Positions 12,403 through 24,851 of a stretch of 52,197 nucleotides of DNA are shown in pieces. Made by a program: the position numbers and the translations under genes. Below the pieces are notes generated by a model. That model did no database searches. It had not been told where the DNA came from and worked only from the letters and a program-made list of their open reading frames with translations. Source of the stretch: Rotaria socialis (Eukaryota); contig CAJNYD010000339.1 in NCBI GenBank assembly GCA_905331295.1, positions 1 through 52,197 on the forward strand, read 5' to 3'. Position 1 is the first letter of the stretch, and every line of letters begins with the position of its first letter.

Positions 12403-12720
12403 CCCAGGAGAATCATTCCGACAGTAGGACCCTATCGGATTCCGAGAAGGGTCAGACAAACAGTGAATATATCGAATACCATATGTGTTTCAATAAAACC
12501 GATGAAACCTTATGGGATTCCTGGACACGGACCTACAGTCGGATCCAATATTGGATTTTAACGGAATCCAATTCTAACGAATCACCCTTGTGCTCTGATG
12601 GCTCGAAACGCTTATTTGATCGTGAATAAGAAAATGATTTTTTTCCGTCGGAACCGATAATAGATCCGTGTCCAGAAATCCTATTGGATTCTGTCAGAGA
12701 GTCGGATTCATTCACCTGGG
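12403..12720. mobile_element. Non-autonomous CMC/EnSpm-type MITE
   Basis: TIR cccaggagaatcattccgac / gtcggattcattcacctggg (17/20), 2-bp flanking duplication TA, internal ggattcc/ggatcc motifs. Confidence 0.8.
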
Positions 12721-13871
12721 TATACCTGGCCAAAATCATACTCTATATACTCTCTTAATATCATGCGTATGAAGAAAGTTCTACGAAAACCATATCCAAG
12801 GTTTATCACCAAATCTGTATCTTAACTTTCACGTTTGAATGCAGTCTTCCTCTGCATTTAATTCTCAGTCGAATTGTATATAACTTAACTTTTAAATTCT
12901 AGAAATTTTGAGACATACGTGATCAACCTGTGTCTACCATCGCCACACATGAACATAAAATGTAACTCATAGCTGATTGAGCCTTGCAAAAATGACTGAT
13001 AATAATAGCCTGTAAAAATATTTAAAAAATCAGCTGAAACGATTGTTGCTTTCTCTGATAAGTGAAATTAAACAGACACTAACGCCGTGTCATTTGTGCT
13101 CAATTTCCGAGAAAAAAATTCGATGCGTGTATTTTGATCATTCTAAGGTTAGCTGAGAAACTAAATACAGGGCGTGATAGGACAAAGACTGCTCTACGAA
13201 ACATACGATGTCATTATGCCGAGCAATGTAGCCACTTTTACTTTTTAAGGACTAAGTTTGACCACTATCGTTTTTGTCTTGGATTTCATTATTACGTAAA
13301 AGTAACTTAGATTGTATGAACTAAAAATAATAATTTGTATACGGGAAAAAACTTCACAGTTTGGGGAACAAGAATATATAATTATAATTAATTTCGCTCC
13401 TGGTAATGCTGAAAATGTCATGTTTTTCCATTATTTTCACTTTTTGAATTTTCGACTTTTCAGCTCAACTTGCGACTCGCATATCTCTGTCACGAAACGC
13501 TCGTGAAAGCTGTTATTTTTACCATAAACACAACGTATCAATTTGTACAAGATAGTAACAGATTCCACTCAATTTTAAGAACCTTATGTTTTTGTGGGAA
13601 AAACGACGGAATAGATCTAAAATAAAAAATGTAATTTTAGTACTAAAATAAAACGCCTCACTTTAATTTAATATTAAAGAGTATGAGTGTGTGTGTGTAT
13701 CAACCAAATTAATGGGTGCATACTCACACCCATGCACTCTAAACCGACGCTCTATGTATTTAATTCAACTGCTTCTATTTTAAATTCATTATAGATTGTA
13801 AAAATATTCATTCATTGAATCAATAAATCAAATCTATTCTAGTATTCAATACTTCCAATTTATTGATTAAA

Positions 13872-16800
13872 ATGACCACCGCCACTTCAACAACTGATAA
13901 TCCTGACGCAAAAGTTGAGGAATCGGACGTTACTAGTTGGTGTGTTATCCGGCTTGACGATGATGCAAGCACTGCAAATAATCGAATACAAGAAGATCAT
14001 TTACGTTCTATGGTTAACCATTTGGAGGTATTTCAAGATGTAGAATCATGCCGTAAATATATTAAATATATTCAAGAACGATCAAAAGCAGATAAACTAA
14101 GATTAATAGTTAGTGGTAAATTGGGACGACAGATTGTTCCTTCTATTCATAAATTAGAAGAAATCGCATCAATCTATGTGTATTGTCTCGATAAGCAAAG
14201 TCATATTCAATGGACTAAGCCATTTTTCAAAGTAAAATTATGCTCGATGGTTTCTTTTTTATTTCACGATCTTCCGTTAACAGGTAAAAGCTGTTATTGA
14301 TAGTTTTGATCAATTGCTGTCTGAAATGAAAGCTGATCATAAAAATCCAACCAAACTACAAGATTCATTAATTTTTGACAGTTTTGACAAAACAACAACA
14401 CACGTCAATGCTCAATTCGTTTACTTTCAAAGTTTGATTGATTGTTTTCTACGACTAAAATATAGTCAAGAAGATAGAAAGGAACTTCTCGACTACTGTA
14501 AAGACCAATATAAAGGTGACGAACGCAATGAGATTGATGACTTCGAAACGAATTATTCACCTGAACACGCTATAGAGTCGTACACACGGCCCTCATTCTT
14601 TTTCAGGGATATCAATAAAGCTTTTCGCACCAAGAATTTCCATAAAATATTTTTATTTCGTCCATACATCGCTGATATTCATCATCAATTAAATCAATTA
14701 AAAGAAAAGCAATCTAAGAATCCTTTAAAAGTTTATAGAGGACAACTTTTGTCGAAATCGGAGTTAAACCACTTGCAACGATGTCGTGGTAAACTTATTT
14801 CAGTGAATTCATTTTTTTCTACTAGTCTTAATAAAACAACCAGTCAAGAATTCAATAATGATAGCGTAACACAAGATTTGGAGCGAATACTATTTGAAAT
14901 AGATGCCGATCCAAAAATGGCTACTACAAAGCCATTCGCCAACATCACAGATATTAGTTGCTTTCCTGATGAATCAGAAGTACTTTTTATGCTTGGCTCT
15001 ATTTTTCGCTTGCAAAACAACCCTTTGATCAAGATGGTACAGTATGGAACATCAGAATGACCTTATGCAGCGAACATGAGCATGATTTAAAAGATGTTCT
15101 TGAGCAATTGAAAAATGAATATGGCATTGGAGAAATAGATTATCGAATATTAGGAAAACGGCTAGTCTCAATGCGTCAATACGATTTAGCTAGACAATGC
15201 TATACTCGTTTCTTAAACGAACTTTCAGAACGTGATGCACAACGCGTTGAATTATATGAAGAACTTGCGCAACTGGAAACACAAGATCACGGCGATACGA
15301 GCAGTGTTGAATGGAAAAGAAAGGCGCTCGCATTCAAAGAGAAAAATCCTTTAACTTGTATACCCATTACTACCAATACAGAGACTACTTCCATTGGTAA
15401 GATCACTAGGAATACTTATTCTGTTTCCAAGTCAACATTCTATATAAAAACATGAGTTGCTGTTTTACTGGGTAAAACACAATCTAAGAGTGAGTATGGA
15501 TGTGCTTCCTAAAGAATAGAAATGGTACCTCCCAAGATCCCCAGCTACCACGACATCCATATCATATCTCCACTCACACTACATGCCCATAATTCAGTCT
15601 TTTCATGGATAGTTTTCACCCGAAACAAATGAATTCGATTTTCGCATTTCATTCATAAAAAGACCACCATAACAACAGAGTTTCATCTCATCGATATCTG
15701 CAAATTTCAACGATCGCATGAAATCCTTATTTCACTTTTATAGTTATTCCCAATATGCCTGATCATTGATTTTGGGAAGAAGAAGGATACAGTGTTGCTG
15801 GAGGACACGGAGAAGGTGAAAACAAAAATCAACTCAAATATCCTGTAGGCCTCTGTATTGACGACGATGACGATGATCTAAACATAATTATTGCTGACCA
15901 ATTCAATCATCGGATCATTCAATGCAAGAGAGGTAACACGGACGGAGAAGTTGTTGCTGGCGGAAATGGTGAAGGGAATGAATTGCATCAATTGAGTAGC
16001 CCAAGTGATGTGTTGATTGACAAGCAGTCGAATAGCCTCATGATTTGTGATCGAGGTAATCGACGTGTTGTTCAATGGCCTCGATGTAGGGGATCAACTG
16101 ATCCAAAAGTTCTTATCAACGACATCGAATGTCGGGGTTTGGCGATGGATAATCAGCGAAATCTCTACGTATCCGACACTGAAAAACATGAAGTAAGACG
16201 CTATGATATACATCTGGGGGGCAAGCAAGGAGTTCGCGTTGCTGGCTGGAATGATAAAGGCCGTGCTATAAACCAACTCAACTATCCCACATTCATCTTT
16301 GTCGATCGACAGCAAAATCTCTACGTATCTGATAGCCACAACGATCGTGTCATGAGATGGAATAAAGGAGCCACAAAAGGCGTTGTAGTCGCTGGAGGAG
16401 AAGGCAACGGATATCCCGGAAGACAATTGTCGGATCCACGCGGAATCTTCGTCGATACATTAGATACCCTTTATGTCGCGGAAATGGTAAATAATCGTCT
16501 GACACGTTGGCCCCAAGAAGCAAATGAAGGTACTGTGATTGTAGGTGGACATGGTGAAGGAGAAAAAGCGAATCAGTTCAATGGTCCCAATGGCTTGTCC
16601 TTTGATAAACGTGGTCGCATCTATGTTGTGGATCACAACAATCATCGAATTCAAAGTTTTTCTCGTAAATAAAAACATTCATCATTCTGAATATTTATAT
16701 GTATAGATTTCCACTATTATTTAAAAGAATCTTTCGACTTTTCTAGTTATTCCCAAAATACGCATTGATGAAGTGTGGGAAGAAAAAGGTTTCACTGTTG

Positions 16801-17720
16801 CTGGAGGACATGGAAAAGGCGACGCAAAAAATCAACTGAGGAAACCTTGGAGCTTCTGCATTGATGATGATGATCAAAAGATAATTATTGCTGATCAATC
16901 TAACGATCGCATCATCCAATTCAAGAGAGGTAACACATATGGAGAAGTTGTTGCTGGTGGAAACGGCAAAGGTGATCGAGTGGATCAATTGAATATCCCA
17001 AGCGATGTTCTGATTGACAAGCAGTCGAATAGTCTCCTGATTTGTGATCGAGGGAATCGGCGTGTTGTTCGATGGCCTCGGCATAGGGGCAAAACTGATC
17101 CAGAAATTCTCATCGACGAAGTTGACTGTCTGGGTTTAGCGATGGATAACGAGGGTAATCTCTATGTATCCGACGGTGGAAGACATGAAGTAAGACGATA
17201 TGAAATACATCTGGGGGACAAGAAAGGAATTCGCGTGGCTGGCGGGAATGAAAAAGGCGATGATATGAGCCAACTAAACTATCCAACATGCATCTGTATC
17301 GATAGACAACAAAATCTCTACGTATCTGATAGCAAGAATCATCGTGTAATGAAATGGGAAAAGGGTGCAATAGAAGGGGTTGTTGTCGTTGGTGGAGAAG
17401 ACAATGAATATTTCGGAATCTTCATAGATCCGTTGGGTACTCTCTATGTTGCAGAATTACAGAATGATTGTGTGACACGTTGGCCCGAAGGAGCAAAGGA
17501 AGGTACTGTGATTGCAGGTGGGCATGGCGAAGGAAAAGAAGCGAATCAGTTCAATGGCCCCAGTGGTTTGTGCTTCGATAAGCGTGGTCACCTCTATGTT
17601 TTGGATTGTGGGAATCATCGAGTTCAACGTTTTTCACGGAAACAGAGGGGGCTGTCACTCACCGGGCTTTTGAAAGAAACAGTGCAAGTAGTTGTCCGAC
17701 TTATCAATAATAGCGAATAA
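13872..17720 (+). CDS. R-S-E class mono-ADP-ribosyltransferase with N-terminal receiver-like domain, TPR-like helices and two NHL propellers; has a frameshift and an in-frame stop, possibly a pseudogene
   Basis: Exons 13872-14231, 14284-15396 (frameshift ~15020), 15744-16664 or 16672, and 16747-17720. ART motifs VYRGQ, FFSTS, FPDESEVLF. TPR-like LGKRLVSMRQYDLARQCYTRFL. NHL repeats VAGGNGEG..QL..P..YVSD..NHRV. TGA at 15767-15769 lies in the first NHL exon. Confidence 0.85.
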
Positions 17721-18579
17721 ATTTGTCGATGCAGTGGGGAGATGAGCGACGATTCTATATTGTTGGAGGGTGTGGTGAGGATATGTGTGGGTTGGTGTTG
17801 GTGTTAGTATTCGTAGGCACAGGTTCTACTTCTTTACACCCGGAGGGAAAGAACAACAATAGGAGGGTGATTACTCAATTTCGGAATCGGACAGAAGTCT
17901 AGGAATGCGTTGGAGTTAGTAGGAACTGTTTCCCGTAATTCCAGTTACTAGAGAATAACGATTGTATTAGGAGTTCAGATTGTGGGACGTGACTTTGCAA
18001 TGTTCAACATCGCGGAATAGGATGTATTCCCTTGAAATATCAGTGTTGCTTGTGCCAAGTCATCACCGATGAGTACACAAACAGAAGCGCATCAACATGA
18101 CAGCACTCTAAAAACGATAAATGTTTTGGGAATCATATATAAGGTTTCCGAGTTCGTCACTATATGAAACCTTTTAAAAGCTGCTGGGAAAAGGCACCCA
18201 AGCTATCGAAAAGCCTTAAAAGCAGTCAAAAAACGTACCTAGTCCATGAAACGTAGTAGAGGTTTCGGAGAACTCAAAAACTGAGGAAAGGTTACTGGCT
18301 ACTACCGTCAAATGCGTGTGGGTATGGGTCAGTATTGACACCTGGTGAAGTCGAAAGAGCGGAAAACTGACCTTAAACAGCGGAAAAGGGTTCATGCTTA
18401 AAGAGATAATTTTTGCTCCGGTGAGATTTCAGTCGACATTTTTTATTTAATACATACCAATGTAAAGTTGCGTACAACTATTTAAAGTTTTCTGTAGCTA
18501 TCTAATCTTTAGTGTAGATTGTTTAAGTTTTCTATAATTACTTAAACTTCTCTATAACTATTTAAACTTTTATGCACCT

Positions 18580-18765
18580 TTTTAGCGAAATTTTCATGAA
18601 ATCTACGTAAATATTCAAATGAAATTGTATAACAAAATGATGAATTCAATATGCTACTACGAAAAATTAAATGAATTAGAAAACAAAAAACAAAGCTACT
18701 TGAATCATTATGATATCAATTCCATTTGAATATTTACGTAGAATTCATGAAAATTTCGTTGAAAA
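18580..18765. mobile_element. Short foldback/MITE, preceded by ~21-bp degenerate tandem repeats (18475-18575)
   Basis: cgaaattttcatgaaatctacgtaaatattcaaatg is inverted at catttgaatatttacgtagaattcatgaaaatttcg. Confidence 0.7.
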
Positions 18766-19040
18766 CAATTATTCTATTTTAATATGTAAGTATGTAAGAT
18801 GACGTTTTCATTGTTTCTGATTGGAGACAAAGTCGATTAATGATAGTCATTGTATTTAACAAAACGTATTATCGTGACTCATCAAACAACGTGACAAAAT
18901 ACAAATATGTTCTTAGGACATGTTTTCTTTTATTTTTTTTCTCTGCGCATCGATTTAAAAAACGATATATATTTGTATCAAGCGCTACTGTTTTATCTAA
19001 CACGTTAGTTGCCATTTCTGTTTGTTTAAAAAAAAAGAAT

Positions 19041-19640
19041 ATGCTTCTTCGAGCTAATCAACACAAACAAATGGCATGGAAGAATGGAGGTGGAGTTACC
19101 AGCGAAATTGCTCGTGCACCAAACAATGAACAAGAAGATTTTGATTGGCGATTAAGTATTGCTCAAGTGAAATCTCCGGGTGGTGCATTTTCTGTATTTC
19201 CTGGTATTGATCGAACTCTATGTGTCGTCAGTCCAAATGACCTATATCTGACACTCGAAGGTAGCAGTGATAATATAATTCATCTCAATCAAAATTCGTT
19301 GCCTTATTCATTTGCTGGTGAATCATTAATTACTTATCAGATTCAAAGTGAAACATTGACCGATTTCAATGTGATGACTCGACGAACTAAATTTCGGCAT
19401 GATGTTGAACATATCAAAATGGAATTAAAACAAGAAAAAAAGATCAATACATTGGCTTGCAACGAAGCAATCATATTTATTATTGTTGGTCAAGGACAAG
19501 TAGTGGCAAATGATGGCATTCAAATGGTAATTGGTGATGCTCTTCAAATCGATCAGCAACATTCGTCTGATATAAAGATTTCTGCTCAGGCTGAAAACAC
19601 TCAGTTGTATATTGTTCGACTTAATCCTATTCTTTCATAA
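19041..19640 (+). CDS. hutD: HutD/Ves-family (cupin-like) protein, 199 aa, intronless
   Basis: Signature WKNGGGVTSEIA..FDWRLSIAQV..FSVFPGIDRTL..DFNVMTRR. AATAAA at 19651. The longer ORF from 18840 is probably not the true start. Confidence 0.9.
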   Translation: MLLRANQHKQMAWKNGGGVTSEIARAPNNEQEDFDWRLSIAQVKSPGGAFSVFPGIDRTLCVVSPNDLYLTLEGSSDNIIHLNQNSLPYSFAGESLITYQIQSETLTDFNVMTRRTKFRHDVEHIKMELKQEKKINTLACNEAIIFIIVGQGQVVANDGIQMVIGDALQIDQQHSSDIKISAQAENTQLYIVRLNPILS

Positions 19641-20006
19641 GAAAACGCAGAATAAAAACATTTGGAAATCAGAGTAAAAGATTAGTTTTTACATAGAAAA
19701 TATTCATTTATTGTTGAATGTTCTTTATTGATTTATTCTGGCAGACATCTTCGTGAATAAATTTTTAACAAAATCTGATAAGATTGTATGAGAGTCATGT
19801 CTGCGTATATACTCAATTTGTAATGGTTGTTGTAAATTTTTGTTACTTCGCAAATAGTAGTAGTAATGTGACACCTATCAATGAGCTATTTTAATGGCTT
19901 TTCGGTATGAACTAATCATCGTTCTCCTCTTTCCTACAGTTAAACAACAGAGATTCCTAAACTTTTCAACAAAATCCTAACAATTTCGTCGTTCTGTTAT
20001 TCCTAA

Positions 20007-20981
20007 ATGGATATAAAAAAGCGTTTCTTATTTCTTGGTCCAACTGGAGTGGGTAAATCTTCATTGGTCAACATTCTCTGTAATGATGATGCCAGAAAAG
20101 AATCCATGAATGAACCAGCCAAAGTCGGTTCGACGACAGATAGTGTTACAAAATGTTTTACTACTTATTATGACCATAATAAGTATGCTTATACAGACTC
20201 TATTGGTTTTGGTGATAATCAATTCACAACAGATGAAATAGTTGCAATGGTTAAACAACTAATTGATAATGCTATTATTGGTTATAATAAAATTTATTTA
20301 TGTATGCAATATGGACGAATTTCTATTGATATTTGGCGATATCTAGATTTAATTAATTCTGTTTTCGGTGATAGTGGCTTGAAATGGTGTACAATTATTT
20401 TTACACATTGCAACGAAGAAGAAATGAGCGTTGAAAAGTTTTTACATCTTAATAAAAACGACGAGAAAATTATAAAACTTATTGATAAAGTCGGAAATGT
20501 GATATTTGGTGATCTTCAATCTCATAGCAATCCACACGTCGATACTCTATTAAAAGATATACGGAAACGCTTGCTAGATCAAATTAAACTAGATGGTTCG
20601 CAATCAAGTCAATTTTATTATTTACCAGTACCAAAAGATCCTAGCTCTTTGGTATCCACAATATGTGATGCTGTCAAAAATTTCAAGCCAATAAAAATAC
20701 CAATGGAAGATATATTAGCATACATGAAATCGATAACAATCATAAAAGTAGATAATACACACTATTATGGTGAATGCAGTGTATGTTTAGGGCTAATGTA
20801 TCATACAAACAGTGAAATTACTACATGTGGCCATGTGTTTCATAAAAGATGTATCGCCGACTGGTTTTACCACAATCGCACATGCCCGCAATGCAGAGAG
20901 TCTTGCGGATTACAGAAACTGTTAGCTTGGCTTCCATCTCAATTGTCGGTGGAACGCCCCAAAGAACAGGCCAAACGCTAA
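20007..20981 (+). CDS. AIG1/GIMAP-like P-loop GTPase fused to a C-terminal RING-H2 finger
   Basis: G1 GPTGVGKSS, G2 SVT, G3 DSIG, G4-like IIFTHC. RING-H2 CSVC-x13-CGHVFHKRC-x10-CPQC. Single 324-aa ORF. Confidence 0.85.
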   Translation: MDIKKRFLFLGPTGVGKSSLVNILCNDDARKESMNEPAKVGSTTDSVTKCFTTYYDHNKYAYTDSIGFGDNQFTTDEIVAMVKQLIDNAIIGYNKIYLCMQYGRISIDIWRYLDLINSVFGDSGLKWCTIIFTHCNEEEMSVEKFLHLNKNDEKIIKLIDKVGNVIFGDLQSHSNPHVDTLLKDIRKRLLDQIKLDGSQSSQFYYLPVPKDPSSLVSTICDAVKNFKPIKIPMEDILAYMKSITIIKVDNTHYYGECSVCLGLMYHTNSEITTCGHVFHKRCIADWFYHNRTCPQCRESCGLQKLLAWLPSQLSVERPKEQAKR

Positions 20982-23021
20982 AAACTTCATCTAAAATTTA
21001 TTATAATTTTTTCGTATATTACACAAAATCAATTCAACATAATTTCGAAGCAAACGTTTTCAAGCACTGGCGGCCATGGTAGCCAATAATCACCGCAGAT
21101 CGAATTGTATTCGTGCTCAAACTTTGTACAAAAAGATTCATCGACTAATTAGCAACGAAAATATTTGAAAATACATACAATACCCTTTCTATTCACATAA
21201 TTTAGAACTCGAAGGATTCTTCGAAACTTCTTTTTGCGCTGTTCAAGTTCAGTTTATAAAAATTCATGATTCAACATTCTTTCAAATATCCCAATAAGAT
21301 AGTGTGAGGAATCGAGAGCAAATGTCAAAGAAAATTTCTTGCTTTTTAGCACAGCTCACAGAAATTGTCAAAATTAATTTTATGAAATTTTGTTTTCAAT
21401 CAAGTATCGATATCTTTAACTCAAGTATGTCTCAAGAAGATATTATAATTTAGCTCACAAGTATATATGAATCATACATTGATGGAACTCGTAAATATCT
21501 GCGTAACCATAACTGTTTTCATGGGTTTCTTGGTGGCAAATTTGTATTGGTAACAGACATTCTAATATTTTTCCAGCCAAATTTTTACCGCTAGAGTGAA
21601 CCTCTTTTCTAGGGGATACATTCTGTGAAGCGTTTTTGTGTTATTTGTTTCTACCCATGGAACCATATCGCTATTGTGAACACGAGTATCTTCATATTTT
21701 TTCAACATTACTACAACATAGTATAAAGAGTGCCGTTTGAGTACCTATTTTATTTCAATTGTTTTCACTTAAAAAGATAAAATGTTAAATAAATTATAAA
21801 TGAATTAGATTATCGAAAAATTTCGATGGATTTCATGTTCATTTGGTTAAGATCTCCATCACATCTGACGAGAGTGATAGTTCTGTCTATTCTAATGTGT
21901 AACTCAGATAGGCAAATGTCTATGCTGAAATTCATTCAATTGCAATCAAACAGCTTTGCTTTAGCTATTTGTAAATCATGAATCGAGAACTTGCTGTCGT
22001 CGGGTGCGAAACAAAAACAGCAAATCAAAAGTTAATATTCGGTCTATGACGCATGGGCTAAAGCGAACTTTCTAGTTTATCATGTTTCTATACTTCGATG
22101 AACAGAAGTTTTAATAATATTATAGAAACTCGAAAAGAGAATGAATTTTATTTCAGAGATGATGGAAAATATATTTCAGCAAATAGACGAAACTTATAAT
22201 TAGATATGTGTAGCATAAAGCATTGCATTAATTCGCCATGTAATTCGATTGAATAAATTTTTTTAGCTGTTCAATAAGTCAACGGTAAAAAATGTAGCTA
22301 CGACATTTTACATTCATTATCATAATTAGTAAGAAATTTTCTACTGCATTCGCTATTCTCTAATTAGTGTTTTTGTCGTGGTTTTCTCTCTATGCAATCT
22401 AGTTTTGCTCAATATTAATAAAATATAGTAGTCTTTCTATAATAATCTACGAAAATACCGTTTGCCTCCTTTCTTTCACAAAACATCTCATTTGTATCAA
22501 CAACCAAACCAAGTTTGCTCTCATCCAGTTTAGAAATACAAAGGTAGAAGGTAAATCATTGCTATCCGATCTATTTGGATCTAATGACATTTCTTTAACT
22601 CAACCATCTGTACCATAAAGATGACATACAAGATATGTCTTGAATTCTTATTTTTTTGTCAACGAAGCATATTTCTCAACATATAACATGAAACTCTACC
22701 CGCTCAACTTCTACACTGAATAAAATTCAAATTTTACATGCTAAGATAATAATAAAAATATATGCCATTCAACTTGCTCGAATACGAATGATCGCACATA
22801 TTCATGAATTACTCTGAGTATCCTTATGTGTTCTTATTTCTTTTTTAAATGTTCTTGAATGTTTACATCTGATATTGATGATCCATCTGTAGGATAGAAA
22901 TTGAGTTTTCGTAAATCATAGTGAAATAATGTATTTTGGCCAAGTTCATTTTAACTAAATTTTCTATTTTAGTTCAATTAAAATTTGCAAACATCTGCGT
23001 GACAATTTTCTATCTCTCACA

Positions 23022-24851
23022 ATGATTTTCTCTGTAAAATTGATCATAATATTTATGTCGGCTATTGAAATAGTAGCGGCTGTTATTACAGGTCCAACTG
23101 TTCTGCCGTTTTCAAGGACGAAATAAACAAACTACACCATGCAATACGAAGATCTTTACTGTTTACCAAATATTAACAACTATTTATTTTCTAGATCAAA
23201 TGACAACAAGTGGAAGCACTTCACTAAGTGCAACAACAAGTAACAGTAGCTATAGAAGATTTTTAGAAGTCAATATCAAAGTATTTCCTTCGCTATTAGT
23301 ATTGATATATTTACAAAATAGAAAATATTTTAGGATCACTTGACTTAAAGAAGATTACTCTCTTCAAATGAACTAACGAGACACAAAGAATCTAAATACT
23401 TCGAATTCAACATTTGTTTTTTATTTCTATTAAATATTTATCGTTTTTATAGGCATATCAACAAGTTCAATGATGAATACTACAACCAATCAAATAAGCA
23501 CCACATAACTTACTACTATTCTGAGTAGCGTTACAACTGCATCGACTATCAGCACGGTGAATGCTACGAGCATAGTAACCACCACCCAAGCAATTATTGC
23601 AACCACAACTAAGATTATCATACTAAATTTAGTTCGTTTAAATAAATGCTCCTCTCAGTTATGAATTATCGTCATGATGAAGCCAGCAATTCCTTTCTGA
23701 TTTGTGTGTATTGAACATGGCAATACTACAAAGCTTTCCGATGACATATGCATTCTAATGAATTTTCCACGTATAATTTCAATCTATAACATTCTGTTTT
23801 GATAAAATCTCTTAGATATTACAATGGCAGTAGAGTATCATTTACAAGAAGCACAATTGATTAACAAAATAACTACTGGTCCGTTTTAGTGTGAAGGAAC
23901 AAAATACTGTAACTGTTGGTCCTAAAAAATTGTATCGAAAGTGATAATGAGATGTCATTTTCTGATAATAGAGAGCAAGCATTTAGAAGATGTTGCCACG
24001 TTTTGTACTAGTCTAAAGATCATATTCGCAATTATGCATATAGTTTCGATTGAAGACTTAATGATTCATTATAATCGAGCGCATCCATTTTGAAACTATC
24101 TGCAAGACTGTATCGTTTTCCACCAAAGAGAGTCATTTTTCCAGCTTTTGGATAAAAAAGAGGCGTACCGAATTTGGTTAACTTTGATAAAAGCTTTGAT
24201 TTTCCTTCTTTTTTGTTTTTCTAATAGGTAATGACTCATTGGTGTAATCGATGTATTCATCAGCTTTGACCATAAATAGTCAAAGATAGAAAAGAGTGAT
24301 GACTATGGTAGTAGCGCTGATATCTTTTTGACGGTAGCTCTTCAGCGAAACATACGATATATTCTAGTTTCAACAACATATTCTGTAAGCGTTTCCGGAC
24401 CATTTTCAATCATCTCAACAGGTCTGACACCAATCGTCTTTAACCTAATCAGCAATGAATCAGGTAAGAAGTTGATGGGTTTCGACTGAGTTATTCGTTC
24501 AAATAAAGTAGCTATGGAAATATTATTCTATATATTTAGTAAGTCCAGGGCGTGCGTGTTCTTCTCATTCATATAAACATTCACAACGAAATAGGATATA
24601 ATATATCACTAGCAAGTAATTTCGATTCGTATGAATATCTCTACAATAATATTTTCAATTCATCTGCTCGAATGGCAAATATGCTCCAGACGAATGATGA
24701 TCGGGCTGGTAGTTCACAGTTCTTTCTATCTGATTTGATTGATATTCTAGCCAGATACATTGTGGTAGCGACCACATATTCTGCAAGTATAACAGGCTCA
24801 TTTATGGTCAATATATTTGGTCCGAACTACGTTAATTTCACAGCCGTGTAA
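23022..24851 (+). pseudogene. Decayed secreted Thr-rich protein with two PPC-like beta-sandwich repeats
   Basis: Signal-like MIFSVKLIIIFMSAIEIVAA. Thr/Ser-rich exons at 23195 and 23453, the latter with in-frame TAA and donor mutated to ctaag. Repeats DDYGSSADIFL..YILVSTTYS..GPFSI and DDRAGSSQF..YIVVATTYS..GSFMVNIFGP carry stops and deletions. Confidence 0.6.

Noticed and set aside
12312..12739. Three overlapping short ORFs
   Set aside because: They lie over the 12403-12720 MITE and have no protein motifs.
15767..15769. In-frame TGA as selenocysteine or programmed readthrough
   Set aside because: It aligns to a non-Cys, variable position in the sister exon and no SECIS was evident; a nonsense mutation is simpler.
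15878..17370. Minus-strand ORFs over the NHL exons
   Set aside because: Antisense to clear NHL coding sequence, with no motifs of their own.
17721..18420. Relatively GC-rich stretch after the ART gene, possible retroelement remnant
   Set aside because: No RT, integrase or endonuclease motif found in the frames examined.
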